Positions 9,943 through 21,624 are shown, numbered from the stretch's first letter. The stretch: 64,000 nucleotides of DNA from a virus (IMGVR_UViG_3300001450_000028:1-64000); one strand, 5' to 3'. Numbers and translations: made by a program. The notes: a model not told the origin generated them from the sequence alone.

Positions 9943-11465
9943 TGTATAGAATTTTATCAGCTTCAAAAGACGGCTATATTACCAATAAGATTGTAAACAA
10001 ATCATTCAGGGCAACAGACGCAAATGTAGGTCAAGCAGGTACACTTGATTTATTTAAACTTTACAACGAAAACACTTTGACAGGTAGTAAAAATCAAACA
10101 GAGCTTACACGACTCCTGCTTAAGTTTGACTTAAACAAAGTTTCTAAAATGCAATCTGAAGGTAAAATAGATATAAATAGCAATTCTTTTAAGTGTTTTT
10201 TAAAATTGCACGACGTATACGGCGGGCAAACAACACCAGAAAATTACGACGCAATATTGTTTCCTCTTTCTCAAAGTTTTGATGAGGGTGCAGGGTTTGA
10301 TATTACAAGCTTTAGAGACTTAGGCGCAGCAAACTATGTAACAGCTTCATTTTTAGGTGGCACCGCAGTTCCATGGAACAGCGCTGGCGCGATGGCTTCT
10401 GGCTCGCTTGGTAGTGCTAACATAGACGTAATAGTTAGTGGAACTTTGTCAGGTCCCTCTGGTACAAGTTCATACTCGTTATCTCCTACGCAAAAGTTCA
10501 TATCTGGCGAAGAAGATTTGTTAATTGACATAACAAGAATCGTATCTGGTACAGTTACAAATCAAATACCTGACCATGGTTTTCTTGTCGCATTCTCAGG
10601 TAGTTATGAAAAGAATAAAAAAAGCTACTTTGTTAAGCGCTTTGCTTCTAGAAACGCATCAAACACAGCAGTCAGACCAAAATTAATTATAAAATATGAT
10701 GATAGCTTACACGACAGTCACGAAGACTTTACGTTTGATTTGACATCTTCACTTTACTTAAATAATTTTCAGCAAGGTATAGCAAAAAACATAGTATCGG
10801 GTTTAGGTGCAACTGAATTAGTTGGTGAAAATGCATTAATTCTTAAAATAGAGTCAGGAAGTTTTAAAAAGACATTTAATGTCTCGCAAGCGCAACGAGG
10901 TATAAACAGACTTAAAGGTGTATATTCTGCATCCTTTGCAATCAGTAGTTTTGAAACTGCACTAAGGAGTCATATACTGTCTTCTGGTAGTATTACTTTT
11001 AACGAGATATGGTCTTCTTCTAATGAATCAATAACATTTCTTTCATCTTCAATAGAAATAAAGAACAATCAAAGAACAGCTTTTGATAACTTTCATCAAA
11101 ATTTATTAGTGACAGTAACAAACTTAAGGGATTCTTACAAGGTAGGCGACGTAATAAAAATAAGAGTTTTTTCAGAAGACAGAGACAGATCAATAGTATT
11201 TAAAAAACTACCTCGAGAAAAAAATAGTCAGATATATCATGAAATGTACTACAGGGTAAGAGACTTTCAAACTGATGATATTATAGTTGACTTTGACAAA
11301 ACAGACAAATCAACTAGACTGTCAACGGATTCAAATGGAATGTATTTTGAATTTTATGTAGACTCACTACCTAGAGGTAGAACATATGTTTTTGACTTTC
11401 TTATTAGAAAAGCTGGGTTTGATACAATAATAACAGATGCAGCATCAAAGTTTAGAGTTGAATAA
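9942..11465 (+). CDS. Putative virion structural protein (DNRLRE-like N-terminal domain)
   Basis: ASKDGYI...TRLLLKFDL...LKL...PLSQSFDEG...RPKLIIKYDD pattern; TAATG-coupled to gp6; rich in SGS/TGS. Confidence 0.55.
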   Translation: MYRILSASKDGYITNKIVNKSFRATDANVGQAGTLDLFKLYNENTLTGSKNQTELTRLLLKFDLNKVSKMQSEGKIDINSNSFKCFLKLHDVYGGQTTPENYDAILFPLSQSFDEGAGFDITSFRDLGAANYVTASFLGGTAVPWNSAGAMASGSLGSANIDVIVSGTLSGPSGTSSYSLSPTQKFISGEEDLLIDITRIVSGTVTNQIPDHGFLVAFSGSYEKNKKSYFVKRFASRNASNTAVRPKLIIKYDDSLHDSHEDFTFDLTSSLYLNNFQQGIAKNIVSGLGATELVGENALILKIESGSFKKTFNVSQAQRGINRLKGVYSASFAISSFETALRSHILSSGSITFNEIWSSSNESITFLSSSIEIKNNQRTAFDNFHQNLLVTVTNLRDSYKVGDVIKIRVFSEDRDRSIVFKKLPREKNSQIYHEMYYRVRDFQTDDIIVDFDKTDKSTRLSTDSNGMYFEFYVDSLPRGRTYVFDFLIRKAGFDTIITDAASKFRVE

Positions 11466-14400
11466 TGTCGAAAAAAGCACTTTTAGATAGAAATATTCCG
11501 GGCAAAATTTTTAAGCCAAAATTTCGCCGCGGCGATCCATCTGTTTCTTACTTAAAAAAACCTGACAATATCGACTACACACTGTCAGACTTTTCTGACT
11601 CTAACATTGAAAGTTCTTCTTCTTTTAGATACGGCAATCAAAAAGAACTAGTTTCTACACAGCAAGTAAGAACAGATTATTCAAATTTTGTAAATCATAC
11701 ATTCTTTCACTCTGCAGTTGCAAATGTCAACGAAGCTTTTGATAAAATTGTAAACTTTTACCCGATGAATGGGACAAATAAAGAAATTGAAAAATTTGAA
11801 GATGAATTAACAGGGTTTGAAAAATATGTACTTGATAGCTTTCCTAAGAATGTAGGGTATCTTGTATTTTCTGGTACCCAGAAAGGTGAATCATCATCAA
11901 ACGGTACAAGTATATCTGTAAATGATAGAGAAGGTTCAACTTACACCACTATATCAAATAACAAATCAGCAAAAGCTGTGCTTGATCCTAAGACTAATCC
12001 ACTCACTATTAGTTTTTTTTGTAAAGCACCTAAAAAACAAAATGACAACCAGATACTTTTTCAAAAAAAATCAAGCCTAGCAAATAATTTTACAATAGCA
12101 TTGTCTTCATCTGCTTCTACTACAAAAACTAATGTTGTTTTTGGAATAACATCAGGTTCGCTTTATTCTTACGTGACCGGGTCGCTTAATAAAGGAAGTT
12201 TTTCAAATATTTCAGCAATTTATGACCCACAAGGAGATGAAAAAACTAAGCTAATCATAGATGATACTGTGTATTCTTCAAGCATGAGTACAGTTTTTAA
12301 TTCTTTAGACTTCTCATCAGAAAATCTAACCATTGGGACAGGCACTCAAGCAAGATTAAATAATTTAATATTTGATCAACAAGAGACTTTCTCTGGATCA
12401 ATAGACGAAATAAGATACTTTCATGATGCAAAAAATCTTACCCAGATTAAAAAAACAAAATACAAATCAGTCCAAGCATCAGACTCGCTTAAACTCTATT
12501 TTAAATTTAACGAGCCCAGCGGTAGTTATTCTGCTAAAAAAGTTGTATTAGATAGTTCAACAAGCAATTTACATTCCACAATTACAAATTATTTAGAAAA
12601 TTATACAAGAGTAACTGGTTCTGATAACCCAGTACTGAATGAACTTTCTGAGCGAAATCCAGTTCTTTTTCCTGACTATGTTCGAGTTTCTACACTTAAT
12701 AAAAATCTTTTAACGTCAGGTTCGCTCTATGATGATGCAAATCCTAATCTAATTACAAAGTTAGTGCCTCCTCATTACTTTTTAGAAGCAAATAATTTTG
12801 AAGACTTTAAAGATATATTGGGTAATTTAGGAAAATCATTTGAATCCGGATCAGATAATTTTCCTGGAAAAGAAATTAGTGAAATACAAAGTGCAGCTTT
12901 GTTAGTTAAGTTTTTATTGACCTGGGCCAAATTTTTTGATGAAATAAAAATATTGTCAGATGCGATAACAAGCGTTCAGCACACACATTATGATGATTTT
13001 GAAACAACACCTGACGTATTCTTAAAAAGAAAAGCACAAGAACTTAACCTGACATTACCTAACATGTTTGGGTCTGCTGAATTATCTCAAATTATTTCTG
13101 GTATAAATTTGACTGAAAATTATTCAAATGCAGCACTTACACTGAACCAGATACAGAATTCAATTTGGCGAAGAATACTTTCTGATTCTGTTAATATGAA
13201 AATGACAAAAGGTACAATAGACTCTTTAAAGTCAGTCTTTAGATCAGCAGGGATAGAACCTGATAATATTTTAACATTTAGAGAGTATGGTGGTGCTCAA
13301 CTTAAGTCACTAGAAGGATCAAGAGTTCATAAAGTAGATGTCTTAGGCATGCTAAACTTTTCAGGTTCGTTAAATCAAACAATTACAACAGTTGATAACG
13401 CTGGTTATAGTACAAATAAAATACCTAAGATGAAGTCTGGTTTTCTTTCTGGCTCTAGAATTCAAGCAGGTGTTCCAGAAATCAGCGGTCAATTTGTTCA
13501 AAAAACGCCTACAAAAATTCATGGAATAAGCAATAACTTAAATGACGGCCTCCTAACAAGCGGTTCTTTTACTTACGAAGGCTTATACAGATACACAAAG
13601 CCTACAAGCGAACCCCAAAGCTTAATTAGGATTCACACAACCGGTTCAACAGCGCCTTCAAACAAAGAGAGTATAATTGCAAATCTAGTAACAACAGATA
13701 AGAATAAAATAGAATTATTTATCAAAGATTCACCTACAGGATCAAAAGTAAAAAGATTATTTTTAACAGGTGTTAACATATTTGACGAAGAACCATGGCA
13801 CATATCTTTTGGTAGAAAAGCGCCTCACGACATAGGAAAGACAAGCAGGTCTGATTATTTTTTAAGAGCTGCAAAGCAAGAAAATGGAGAAATACTGGCA
13901 CAATATCATACTTCTTCAAATTACGCTGATATTGGTGACAGTATTTTTGTAAGTTCATCATTTGAACATAACGCATCTGGTTCTTTTTTAGTAGTGGGAA
14001 GTCAAAATTTTCAAAATGGAAGCGCTGGAAAATTTTTAAATGATAGTACAGGCGGCGTAGATACACTCGCACACAGCTCAAGCTTTTCAGGTCTTATTAC
14101 AAATAGCTTGTTTTGGTCAAAATTTATTACAAAGAAAGAATGGATTGAACATGTTAGAAACCATGCGTCTGTTGGTGTAATAGATCCTAAAATAAATTAT
14201 AACTTTGAAGTAAATGCATCTGGATCTTTCGAAAGATTAATCATTCAGACAAGCGGTAAGCAAGCCACAACTGCTTCTAACAGCGCAGGTAATGTTAGAT
14301 TGTTTGATTTTAGTCAAAATAATCTTCATTTCGAAGGCAGTAATTTTGAAAATTCAAAAGCAGTAGTTAAACCTACAAGAGTTGAATTTGAAATGCTATC

Positions 14401-14962
14401 TTCTCTATTCGATACAAACATAGCAAAAACAAAAGTAAGAGTTAGAAGTTTTCAAGATGCCGAAATGGTAGAAAATTCTAATTTTTCACAAATAGCTCCT
14501 GTCTACGAGACAATTCCTAGTGAAGAAGTTGTTGACGACAATAGATTTTCAATAGATATGAGCGTTTTTGGAGGTCTTAATGAAAACATACTCACAACTT
14601 TTGCAAACTTTTCTGCAATTGATGATGCTCTTGGCCGGCCAAATGCAATGTTTTCTGATCGATATGTTGACTTAGAAGATTTAAGAAAAATTTATTTTAA
14701 CAACGTATTAGAAAAGATTGACTTAGGAAAATTTAGATCAATATTTAAGTGGATTGACAATTCTTTTACCGATCTTGTGTTTTCGATGATACCTAGATCA
14801 ACTAATTTTATGGGAATAAATTTTATTTATGAGTCCCATGTACTTGAAAGAAATAAAATGAAGTACTTATATGACGAAATATACTTAAAGTCACTTCCAA
14901 GAGATCCAAGTAGAGGCAACTTGCTTTTAAGCCAGTTTGTCGGAAAACTTAAAAAACACTAA
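11465..14962 (+). CDS. Large baseplate protein with LamG/concanavalin-like domain and gp7/P2-gpI-like segment
   Basis: FSGSIDEIRYF..LYFKFNE (LamG), and IWRRIL......KGTIDSLKSVFRSAGI (gp7/tail-I 'KGT' motif). Confidence 0.65.
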   Translation: MSKKALLDRNIPGKIFKPKFRRGDPSVSYLKKPDNIDYTLSDFSDSNIESSSSFRYGNQKELVSTQQVRTDYSNFVNHTFFHSAVANVNEAFDKIVNFYPMNGTNKEIEKFEDELTGFEKYVLDSFPKNVGYLVFSGTQKGESSSNGTSISVNDREGSTYTTISNNKSAKAVLDPKTNPLTISFFCKAPKKQNDNQILFQKKSSLANNFTIALSSSASTTKTNVVFGITSGSLYSYVTGSLNKGSFSNISAIYDPQGDEKTKLIIDDTVYSSSMSTVFNSLDFSSENLTIGTGTQARLNNLIFDQQETFSGSIDEIRYFHDAKNLTQIKKTKYKSVQASDSLKLYFKFNEPSGSYSAKKVVLDSSTSNLHSTITNYLENYTRVTGSDNPVLNELSERNPVLFPDYVRVSTLNKNLLTSGSLYDDANPNLITKLVPPHYFLEANNFEDFKDILGNLGKSFESGSDNFPGKEISEIQSAALLVKFLLTWAKFFDEIKILSDAITSVQHTHYDDFETTPDVFLKRKAQELNLTLPNMFGSAELSQIISGINLTENYSNAALTLNQIQNSIWRRILSDSVNMKMTKGTIDSLKSVFRSAGIEPDNILTFREYGGAQLKSLEGSRVHKVDVLGMLNFSGSLNQTITTVDNAGYSTNKIPKMKSGFLSGSRIQAGVPEISGQFVQKTPTKIHGISNNLNDGLLTSGSFTYEGLYRYTKPTSEPQSLIRIHTTGSTAPSNKESIIANLVTTDKNKIELFIKDSPTGSKVKRLFLTGVNIFDEEPWHISFGRKAPHDIGKTSRSDYFLRAAKQENGEILAQYHTSSNYADIGDSIFVSSSFEHNASGSFLVVGSQNFQNGSAGKFLNDSTGGVDTLAHSSSFSGLITNSLFWSKFITKKEWIEHVRNHASVGVIDPKINYNFEVNASGSFERLIIQTSGKQATTASNSAGNVRLFDFSQNNLHFEGSNFENSKAVVKPTRVEFEMLSSLFDTNIAKTKVRVRSFQDAEMVENSNFSQIAPVYETIPSEEVVDDNRFSIDMSVFGGLNENILTTFANFSAIDDALGRPNAMFSDRYVDLEDLRKIYFNNVLEKIDLGKFRSIFKWIDNSFTDLVFSMIPRSTNFMGINFIYESHVLERNKMKYLYDEIYLKSLPRDPSRGNLLLSQFVGKLKKH

Positions 14963-14970
14963 GGTAAAAA

Positions 14971-16098
14971 ATGGCAGCAAGCAATACAAATCAAAACGCA
15001 GACCAACTAGTAGAATCGATTTTTACTGATTCACCAGGAGGATCATATCAGGTTGCATCTGTAAAATATAACTCAAGTACATCCACGCCTCTTTCTGGTT
15101 CTTATAATACACCAGCAGCTTCAAGAATAGGAGAAACTTCAAATAGAAAAGTTCAAATTAAAAAAACAGTAGAAGCGTCTGATGTTGGAACTGCTATATT
15201 AGATGTTGTTACAATGTTAGGAGAAGGAGAAACAATATTAGATTTTGATGCAACTCGTCAAGGATTTGATGTTAAGAATATTACACAATTTTCGAGAATG
15301 AATCTTCCTTTATTGTCTATTAACAGAGAAAAAATGGCTTTAAAAAGTGGTCAAATAAATCACATCTCAAGCTTTAATCTTTTTGGAATGCCAAAGTTAT
15401 TTAAAACGCTTGATGAAAAAAAGAAAACGCTAATACCTTTTGAAGACTTTCCCGGAAGATTAGACCCGGTAGCTTATGTAAATGCAGGCACTTATGTAAT
15501 GCAGTACATGATTTTAACAGATCTGACAAGGAACATTGATAAATTTGTCAACCCAGATACACTAGATGGTGCAATTGAAGTTTTTGAAATAAGAGAAAGC
15601 TTTGCAAATACAAGCATATCTGATATAAAAATTAAAGGAATAAAAGGCAGTATGTCAAATGAAAATTTCTATGCTGTTGGACAAGGCGCTTCACCAATCG
15701 ACAATAAGTTTGAAATTAATCAATTAAGCAATTCTGTTTTTGAAGATGCCCAAGATGTAATGTATTCAGAATCAACTTTCGGACCAAGAGAAGGTTATAC
15801 AAATAAAGGTTCACTAGCGATGGAAAGTGCAGTACCTGATGAAAATAGAAGAATGGCACCTTTCACAGAAGATAAAAACAACAGAACAGTTAAATTTAAA
15901 GATCACTTAAGAAATTTTCTAGGTTCTTCTTTTTCAGGTACTTTAAAATCTGAAAGAATGGTTCCTGAAATGGGAACAAGATTTAGATCGTCAGGTCGAG
16001 GTTTTATTAATTCGCCTAATTATGTTATAATGCCCACGGGAAGCTTTATAAATCCTGGAACAGATTCTATAGCTTTTTCAGGTTTAAGAAGAGGGTAG
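14971..16098 (+). CDS. Hypothetical virion-associated protein
   Basis: Long ORF within the structural operon, with AAGG RBS. Confidence 0.6.
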   Translation: MAASNTNQNADQLVESIFTDSPGGSYQVASVKYNSSTSTPLSGSYNTPAASRIGETSNRKVQIKKTVEASDVGTAILDVVTMLGEGETILDFDATRQGFDVKNITQFSRMNLPLLSINREKMALKSGQINHISSFNLFGMPKLFKTLDEKKKTLIPFEDFPGRLDPVAYVNAGTYVMQYMILTDLTRNIDKFVNPDTLDGAIEVFEIRESFANTSISDIKIKGIKGSMSNENFYAVGQGASPIDNKFEINQLSNSVFEDAQDVMYSESTFGPREGYTNKGSLAMESAVPDENRRMAPFTEDKNNRTVKFKDHLRNFLGSSFSGTLKSERMVPEMGTRFRSSGRGFINSPNYVIMPTGSFINPGTDSIAFSGLRRG

Positions 16099-16109
16099 TT
16101 GGGAAAAAA

Positions 16110-19100
16110 ATGCCAAGAAAAATAAAACAAATTTCAACATATGATTTATCTAAACCACTAAAAGCAAATGAAGACACACAAAATGCTTCTGCTTATAATA
16201 AACAAGAAAATCTTTATGCATGGTATAGATTTGAAGACGACATATCATCTTCAGGTAATGTAGAAGATTCACAACTAAGATCTAATTTTAAATTGGTTCC
16301 TGCTTCAAGTCGTCCAACTTTTTCACTTGATTCACCTTCATCAATAGCCACAGTTAGCGGCTTTAGTAAAAGAAGCAGCGTTTTTAACACAGATGTTGTA
16401 AGGGTACAAGATAAAACTTTGTTTCCTTTGAGGACAGGAACAGCAGGGGCTGAAGCAGCATTTTCTCTTTCTATTTGGTTTAACCTTGACGAAATTGGTT
16501 CACGTTCTCAATATCTCGTGTCAAAATACGGTATCGTAGATGCAAAAAAAGCATATGCTTTAGAAATAACAACAGCTGGAGAAATAGCTTTTACAATTTA
16601 CAATGGTGCTGCTTTTCGCCAAGTCAGAACTAACGATTCGATTGGGACAAATAGGTGGTATCATGTTGTTGTAACATTTTCTGGAACAGTAGCAACACAG
16701 CAGATACAGTTGTATGTAGACGGTGCAAGAGTGCCTTACTCAAAAACAACAGAATCTATCGGCGGAGGCGCTTTTACAGTTATTGCAGAAACAGATTCAC
16801 TTTTTGCGATAGGCAATGACGAATCAGATCCAAACTCAGGTAACAATGTAGACACAAGAGGCAAAATTTCAGAAGTTGCTTTGTGGACTACTTTGCTAGA
16901 TCAATCAGATATAAAAACACTTTATAACTTTAAAGACGCTATTTTGTATAGAACAGCTTCTGGTTTTGTTAATTTGCCACCAAGAGTTCTACTAAGACAG
17001 CGAGATAATGCAACCGGTTCATACCCGACAGTAATGAGAATGGGAGATAAAGGCAGAACAGGTGCATACAATAGAACCTTTGAAGACAACTATACGATCA
17101 ATTTTGGTAAAAAAATTAAAGACGTTTTTGAGATTAAAAATAGAGTTGGAGGAGTACTTGGGTTTTCAAGAGACATAGACTCAAGTAAATGGACCCACTC
17201 AAAAGGCATGGAAATCAGGCAAGAGTTGGTTACCGGAGACACCGGCGCAACAATACGCAAAACCGCATTAGTATTTTCAGGAGGTGGTCTAGCTGGAAAA
17301 CGTCGAATACAAACAAAAAATAAAATAAAAAACCCAAGAATTAAAATTGATCTAACAATAGGGCCTTATCAAGAAGATAGAACAGTATTAAAGTTTGGCT
17401 TAGGGCTGTCAGACGGAACAGCAACAGATGATTTAAAGATACAGGCAAGTACTAATGGAAGTGATTGGGTTGACATAAAAACAATACAAAATAATATATC
17501 AACATTGCTTCAATCTGCTTTTACTAGAGGTTTTAGGTCTGCTGATCTTGTCAAGCGAAGAAGCATCCAGGTAGACTTGTATCCAACTGATTTTCCTTTT
17601 GGAAATAATGCTTTCTATCTTAGAATAATACAAGAGTCAGTTTCTTCTAATGACGTTGTTGTGTGGGCAATGAGCAGTATTGAAATTGATTATCACGACG
17701 AAGAAAATATTTCATACCCTCTAATGGTTGACGTAGATTCTTTTGTAGGTAAAAAGATAGTTTCTTCATCAGTTACAGCACCACATCTCAACCCTACACT
17801 AAAAGGTCCAGGTAGATCAATATCAGGAATTAGTGATGTTCATTTATCTTTTACACCCGGTGAAAAATTACTACCTTTTATCGACAATAGTCACTTTTTT
17901 GATGATACAAGTATTTTCTTCAACCAAGGTACTTCACCAGATGTGATTCCAGGTTTTTCTTCTCCTGTTTCAAACAAAACAATTATTGAAGTGGATTTAA
18001 GCCCAAGTGAGCAAACAACATTCGGTCTTGATACAAGAGCAACACATGAAAGCACAGGTAACGGTTCCAACCGAGGCCCACGCCTAGAAACAGATGCAAC
18101 CAAAAAACAGCAATTGATGGTTTACTGGAATAAAGATTTAAGGCGCTGGGAAAAAATAGCGCAAGGAGTTAGTGGAAATGTAGTTGCAAAGCAGGATGAA
18201 GGGTTTACACCTTTAAGAAACATGATTCACAGTGGTGCACTAGGATTTTCTGGTATCGGAATGTGCAGTACTGGGTCAGATGTAACTTTAGCAAATCAAT
18301 TACCTGTTAATCAAGATGCACTCCTCTCATATGCAAGACCTACTTCTACATTTGGCTTTCCATTTGAAGGAAAATACGAAGCTACTGCAAGTCAGTTTAT
18401 TAAAGCAAGAGATATCGGAATAACAAAACCTTTTCTGCTAGAAAAGTGTTCAATAAGTTTTGATTCAAAGTTTGAGTTTGCTTCAAATCAATTCGATTCA
18501 GGCTCACGAGCATATTCGATGGCAGCAGCCAACTATTCATCAGGAGCTCCGTCTTCAAGAACGCTTGCAGATAATCAAAAGGTCTATATACCTACATTTT
18601 TTATGTTGCGCCAGTCAAAAGAAACTTTAGATGTGGAATATGAATATGAAATTGAAGATAAAGGAGTTAGGTCTTCTCAAAAACGAATAGTTTCAATACC
18701 TGACAGTGCTGTTCACTTATCCACAGCTCCAGGGCCTGATGATATTGTATCTGTGGAAAAATCAAGGGAACTAATAACATACGGTCAAATGACTCTGTTT
18801 GTCAGCGGCGTTGCAAATACTGCAGGGTCAGGTGATGGTAGAGGCAGTATAAATGCACAAGTTGACATAGATACAATAATAAATAACGGTCTAGGTAGAG
18901 ACACAATTGTTGATATACTTTCAGTAACAGGGCAGACAAACTTTAATATTGGCTCAAGTGGTCAATTAGCGGCAATTACGAGTTCTTTTAATATTAACTT
19001 TCCTTGTAGACTGTCTCCAAAAATTAATAACACATGCCCGACTATTCTTGTTATTTCAAACTCAGGAGGTACTGACACAGTGGGCGCGCTAATTCTTGGG

Positions 19101-20525
19101 AACACATTGGGTGGTCGAGGTTCCGGTGACATAGAATCATCTTCCAGGGCTATTGTTAATGGGTATGGATCTACTAAATTAGGTGAAAAATTTTTACATT
19201 TTGCACAAAGCGCATCAAAAACACCTTTTTCCTTAGTACCGCCTTCAGCAGAAACAATTGACTTACCTTCACCTTATATTATTTTACCTGATGATGAATT
19301 GGTAATGGGATGGCAATATCCAATGACAACAAGGATTGCAAATGCTGCGCCTGGAAAAAGCGATACATTCTTAAATACAATGTCACTTTATGGAAAGTCA
19401 AAACTGAAATTGATAGGCTCCTTAATAAAAAACAAAAAAGAATATCACGAAGGTCTAAATCAAAACATAAGCTCAAATGCTGTTCACGAAATTATAGGTG
19501 CAGAGACACCCATAGATCAGTTTAAGATTGAAAAGCAGTCTGAAAACATAGGCAGTTTTTATGATACCAGTGTAACTGTAACAAACAAATCACCCGTAGG
19601 CAGAATAGGATCAGAAACTGCTAGCAAGATATTAGTATTAGCCTCAGATGCAGGAAAAGCTTCAGGAAAAATTCGACTAAGTTCACCTTTTTTCATTTCC
19701 TCACCAGGCATACAGCAAGGGCTCGCAAATAACCAGATTATAGGGCTGACAGGTTCAGAAGGCGCAAAATATGCAGCCAAAGCAGGCTCTGCATTGAATG
19801 TCAGTTCTCCTAGTAACGGTGGAACATTTGAGTTATTTGGAAACGCAAATACTTATGCAGATGCGCTTTATACACTTATTTCACTGTCAGGACTTATTTT
19901 CTTAGATCCAGAAACCACAGATATTTTTACAACTTCAATAGAAACTGCTTACAACTCAGCCTCATCCTGGAGTGTTACACTAAACATTGCTCAAAAAGTA
20001 GGAGGCTTAGCCGGTAATCACCCTGTATCATTTGAATCCGACGGCGAGTCCAGACAACCTGCACGGCTTAGCGATTTTACTGGAGGTGCTGACGGTGAGC
20101 CTATAAGATCAAATTCTTTTTCAAGAAATGTCCAGCTAGAAGATGAAATAAGAATTTACACAGACAGCACAGGCTCTGCAGGCGCTTTTGACATACCTGG
20201 AGGCGTATCTAAGTTTGGAATAATGCAAACAACAAAAGGTATTACACCAAAATACTACTTTAATTCAAAAAACTTTGGTCATTTTTCTGATTTTATGGAT
20301 CAAGGAAAAGACTCAAAGTTTTCTCAAGCTATCGGAAGTAGAGTTTCAGCTTTTAAAGGCTCAGCACTTCAATCACCTGTTGAGATTATATTTGTCAGCG
20401 GCACTAATGAAAATACAATAGGCATTAAAAAGTTTGCCAAGAAGACTCCACAGTTTTCAGAAAACAAATCAAGAACTTCTGCTTTGACAGGATCTTTTAT
20501 GCTGCACACCGGCAGCTTTAGTTAA
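16110..20525 (+). CDS. Large LamG/concanavalin A-like domain protein (putative tail fibre / receptor-binding)
   Basis: LYAWYRFE...FSLSIWF...NRWYHVVVTF...LYVDG...IG...GKISEVALW..LDQSDIKTLY is a classic LamG fold. 1471 aa, Gly/Ser-rich. Confidence 0.7.
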   Translation: MPRKIKQISTYDLSKPLKANEDTQNASAYNKQENLYAWYRFEDDISSSGNVEDSQLRSNFKLVPASSRPTFSLDSPSSIATVSGFSKRSSVFNTDVVRVQDKTLFPLRTGTAGAEAAFSLSIWFNLDEIGSRSQYLVSKYGIVDAKKAYALEITTAGEIAFTIYNGAAFRQVRTNDSIGTNRWYHVVVTFSGTVATQQIQLYVDGARVPYSKTTESIGGGAFTVIAETDSLFAIGNDESDPNSGNNVDTRGKISEVALWTTLLDQSDIKTLYNFKDAILYRTASGFVNLPPRVLLRQRDNATGSYPTVMRMGDKGRTGAYNRTFEDNYTINFGKKIKDVFEIKNRVGGVLGFSRDIDSSKWTHSKGMEIRQELVTGDTGATIRKTALVFSGGGLAGKRRIQTKNKIKNPRIKIDLTIGPYQEDRTVLKFGLGLSDGTATDDLKIQASTNGSDWVDIKTIQNNISTLLQSAFTRGFRSADLVKRRSIQVDLYPTDFPFGNNAFYLRIIQESVSSNDVVVWAMSSIEIDYHDEENISYPLMVDVDSFVGKKIVSSSVTAPHLNPTLKGPGRSISGISDVHLSFTPGEKLLPFIDNSHFFDDTSIFFNQGTSPDVIPGFSSPVSNKTIIEVDLSPSEQTTFGLDTRATHESTGNGSNRGPRLETDATKKQQLMVYWNKDLRRWEKIAQGVSGNVVAKQDEGFTPLRNMIHSGALGFSGIGMCSTGSDVTLANQLPVNQDALLSYARPTSTFGFPFEGKYEATASQFIKARDIGITKPFLLEKCSISFDSKFEFASNQFDSGSRAYSMAAANYSSGAPSSRTLADNQKVYIPTFFMLRQSKETLDVEYEYEIEDKGVRSSQKRIVSIPDSAVHLSTAPGPDDIVSVEKSRELITYGQMTLFVSGVANTAGSGDGRGSINAQVDIDTIINNGLGRDTIVDILSVTGQTNFNIGSSGQLAAITSSFNINFPCRLSPKINNTCPTILVISNSGGTDTVGALILGNTLGGRGSGDIESSSRAIVNGYGSTKLGEKFLHFAQSASKTPFSLVPPSAETIDLPSPYIILPDDELVMGWQYPMTTRIANAAPGKSDTFLNTMSLYGKSKLKLIGSLIKNKKEYHEGLNQNISSNAVHEIIGAETPIDQFKIEKQSENIGSFYDTSVTVTNKSPVGRIGSETASKILVLASDAGKASGKIRLSSPFFISSPGIQQGLANNQIIGLTGSEGAKYAAKAGSALNVSSPSNGGTFELFGNANTYADALYTLISLSGLIFLDPETTDIFTTSIETAYNSASSWSVTLNIAQKVGGLAGNHPVSFESDGESRQPARLSDFTGGADGEPIRSNSFSRNVQLEDEIRIYTDSTGSAGAFDIPGGVSKFGIMQTTKGITPKYYFNSKNFGHFSDFMDQGKDSKFSQAIGSRVSAFKGSALQSPVEIIFVSGTNENTIGIKKFAKKTPQFSENKSRTSALTGSFMLHTGSFS

Positions 20526-20544
20526 TAAATAAATTTTGATATGA

Positions 20545-20551
20545 ATACTTA
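20545..20551 (+). promoter_or_regulatory. Putative late promoter ATAnTTA (ATACTTA)
   Basis: Intergenic, just upstream of the GAGG RBS and ATG 20566. Confidence 0.5.
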
Positions 20552-20565
20552 TTAAAGAGGACCCG

Positions 20566-21621
20566 ATGGCCGGAATATTAGATAGTAAAACAAGATTTAT
20601 AGATTTGATAGTTACCCAAGAAGGTAAACGTCAAATTGCATCTGGAAAATTGCGAGCCGAGTATGCTTCTCTAAGCGATTCACAAGTTTTTTATGATAAA
20701 AATGAAATTGGAAACGTCAGCGATAGGATCTATTTTCAAGTAATGGACTCGCCTAACAATGTTATTGTTTTGGAAAAAGATGATAGCGGAAAACTTATTG
20801 AGTTCAATTTTTCTCCAACAGGTAGTATTGTAGGAAATGATATTTTTGACAAAGATACAACTGTAACTTCTAGTTTAAAACTTAAGGCAGTCACAGGAAA
20901 TGCTTTTGCATCAACATCAGAGTCAATAATGTCTTCTTTTACAGAGCATTTTGATGCACAGCAAATTTTAAGTTCTTTTGAAAAATCAGGTAATGAGTTT
21001 GAACTAAGCACTGATCGAGTCAATTTTGCAATATCAAATAGTGTTCCTTTTCCTAATGGCCCACATAAAGAAACTATTAATGTCAATGATGCTGAACCTT
21101 TCTTTTTAGATTCTAAGCTTACACATTTAGAAAGTTTTGACTTTTTACCACCAGTAAACATGGACGGAACGCCATACGGCAGATATGAAGATATTAGAAG
21201 CTTAAAAAGAGAAACACTTTTAGATATAAAAAAATCTTTAGGGTTTGAAGGGTTTCAAGACTCTAGTACGCAAGACGGTATTAGAAAAAGAAGGTCAAGA
21301 GGCAACTTTAGAACTGACAAAGTAGGCGATTTTGATGTTATTAATAGAAAAAAATTAAGATCAGCCTCTAGAAGCAACTTGAAACAATACAAGACTGTAT
21401 ATTTTGACAAAACTTCTGATCAAAATAATTTAGTTATGCAAATATTTGAAGATGGGCCAAATTCAAAAATGTTTAAGCTGGACTTAATAGATGCAGGATC
21501 TTTTTACGACAATAATAGTGAAGAATATCCAGAAAAAAGAATATTTTATGCAGGAAAAATTTATTTTGATGATTTAAATGTTCCTACTTTTATAAACCTA
21601 TTTACATTAGTACTAGAGTAA
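20566..21621 (+). CDS. Putative baseplate/tail-fibre attachment protein; N-terminus paralogous to 30825 ORF
   Basis: MAGILDSKTRFIDLIVTQEGKRQIA...ASLSDSQVFY aligns with MGFLDHSTNNIIVDAVLTDLGRQSLA...FALGDDEVDY. Confidence 0.55.
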   Translation: MAGILDSKTRFIDLIVTQEGKRQIASGKLRAEYASLSDSQVFYDKNEIGNVSDRIYFQVMDSPNNVIVLEKDDSGKLIEFNFSPTGSIVGNDIFDKDTTVTSSLKLKAVTGNAFASTSESIMSSFTEHFDAQQILSSFEKSGNEFELSTDRVNFAISNSVPFPNGPHKETINVNDAEPFFLDSKLTHLESFDFLPPVNMDGTPYGRYEDIRSLKRETLLDIKKSLGFEGFQDSSTQDGIRKRRSRGNFRTDKVGDFDVINRKKLRSASRSNLKQYKTVYFDKTSDQNNLVMQIFEDGPNSKMFKLDLIDAGSFYDNNSEEYPEKRIFYAGKIYFDDLNVPTFINLFTLVLE

Positions 21622-21624
21622 AAA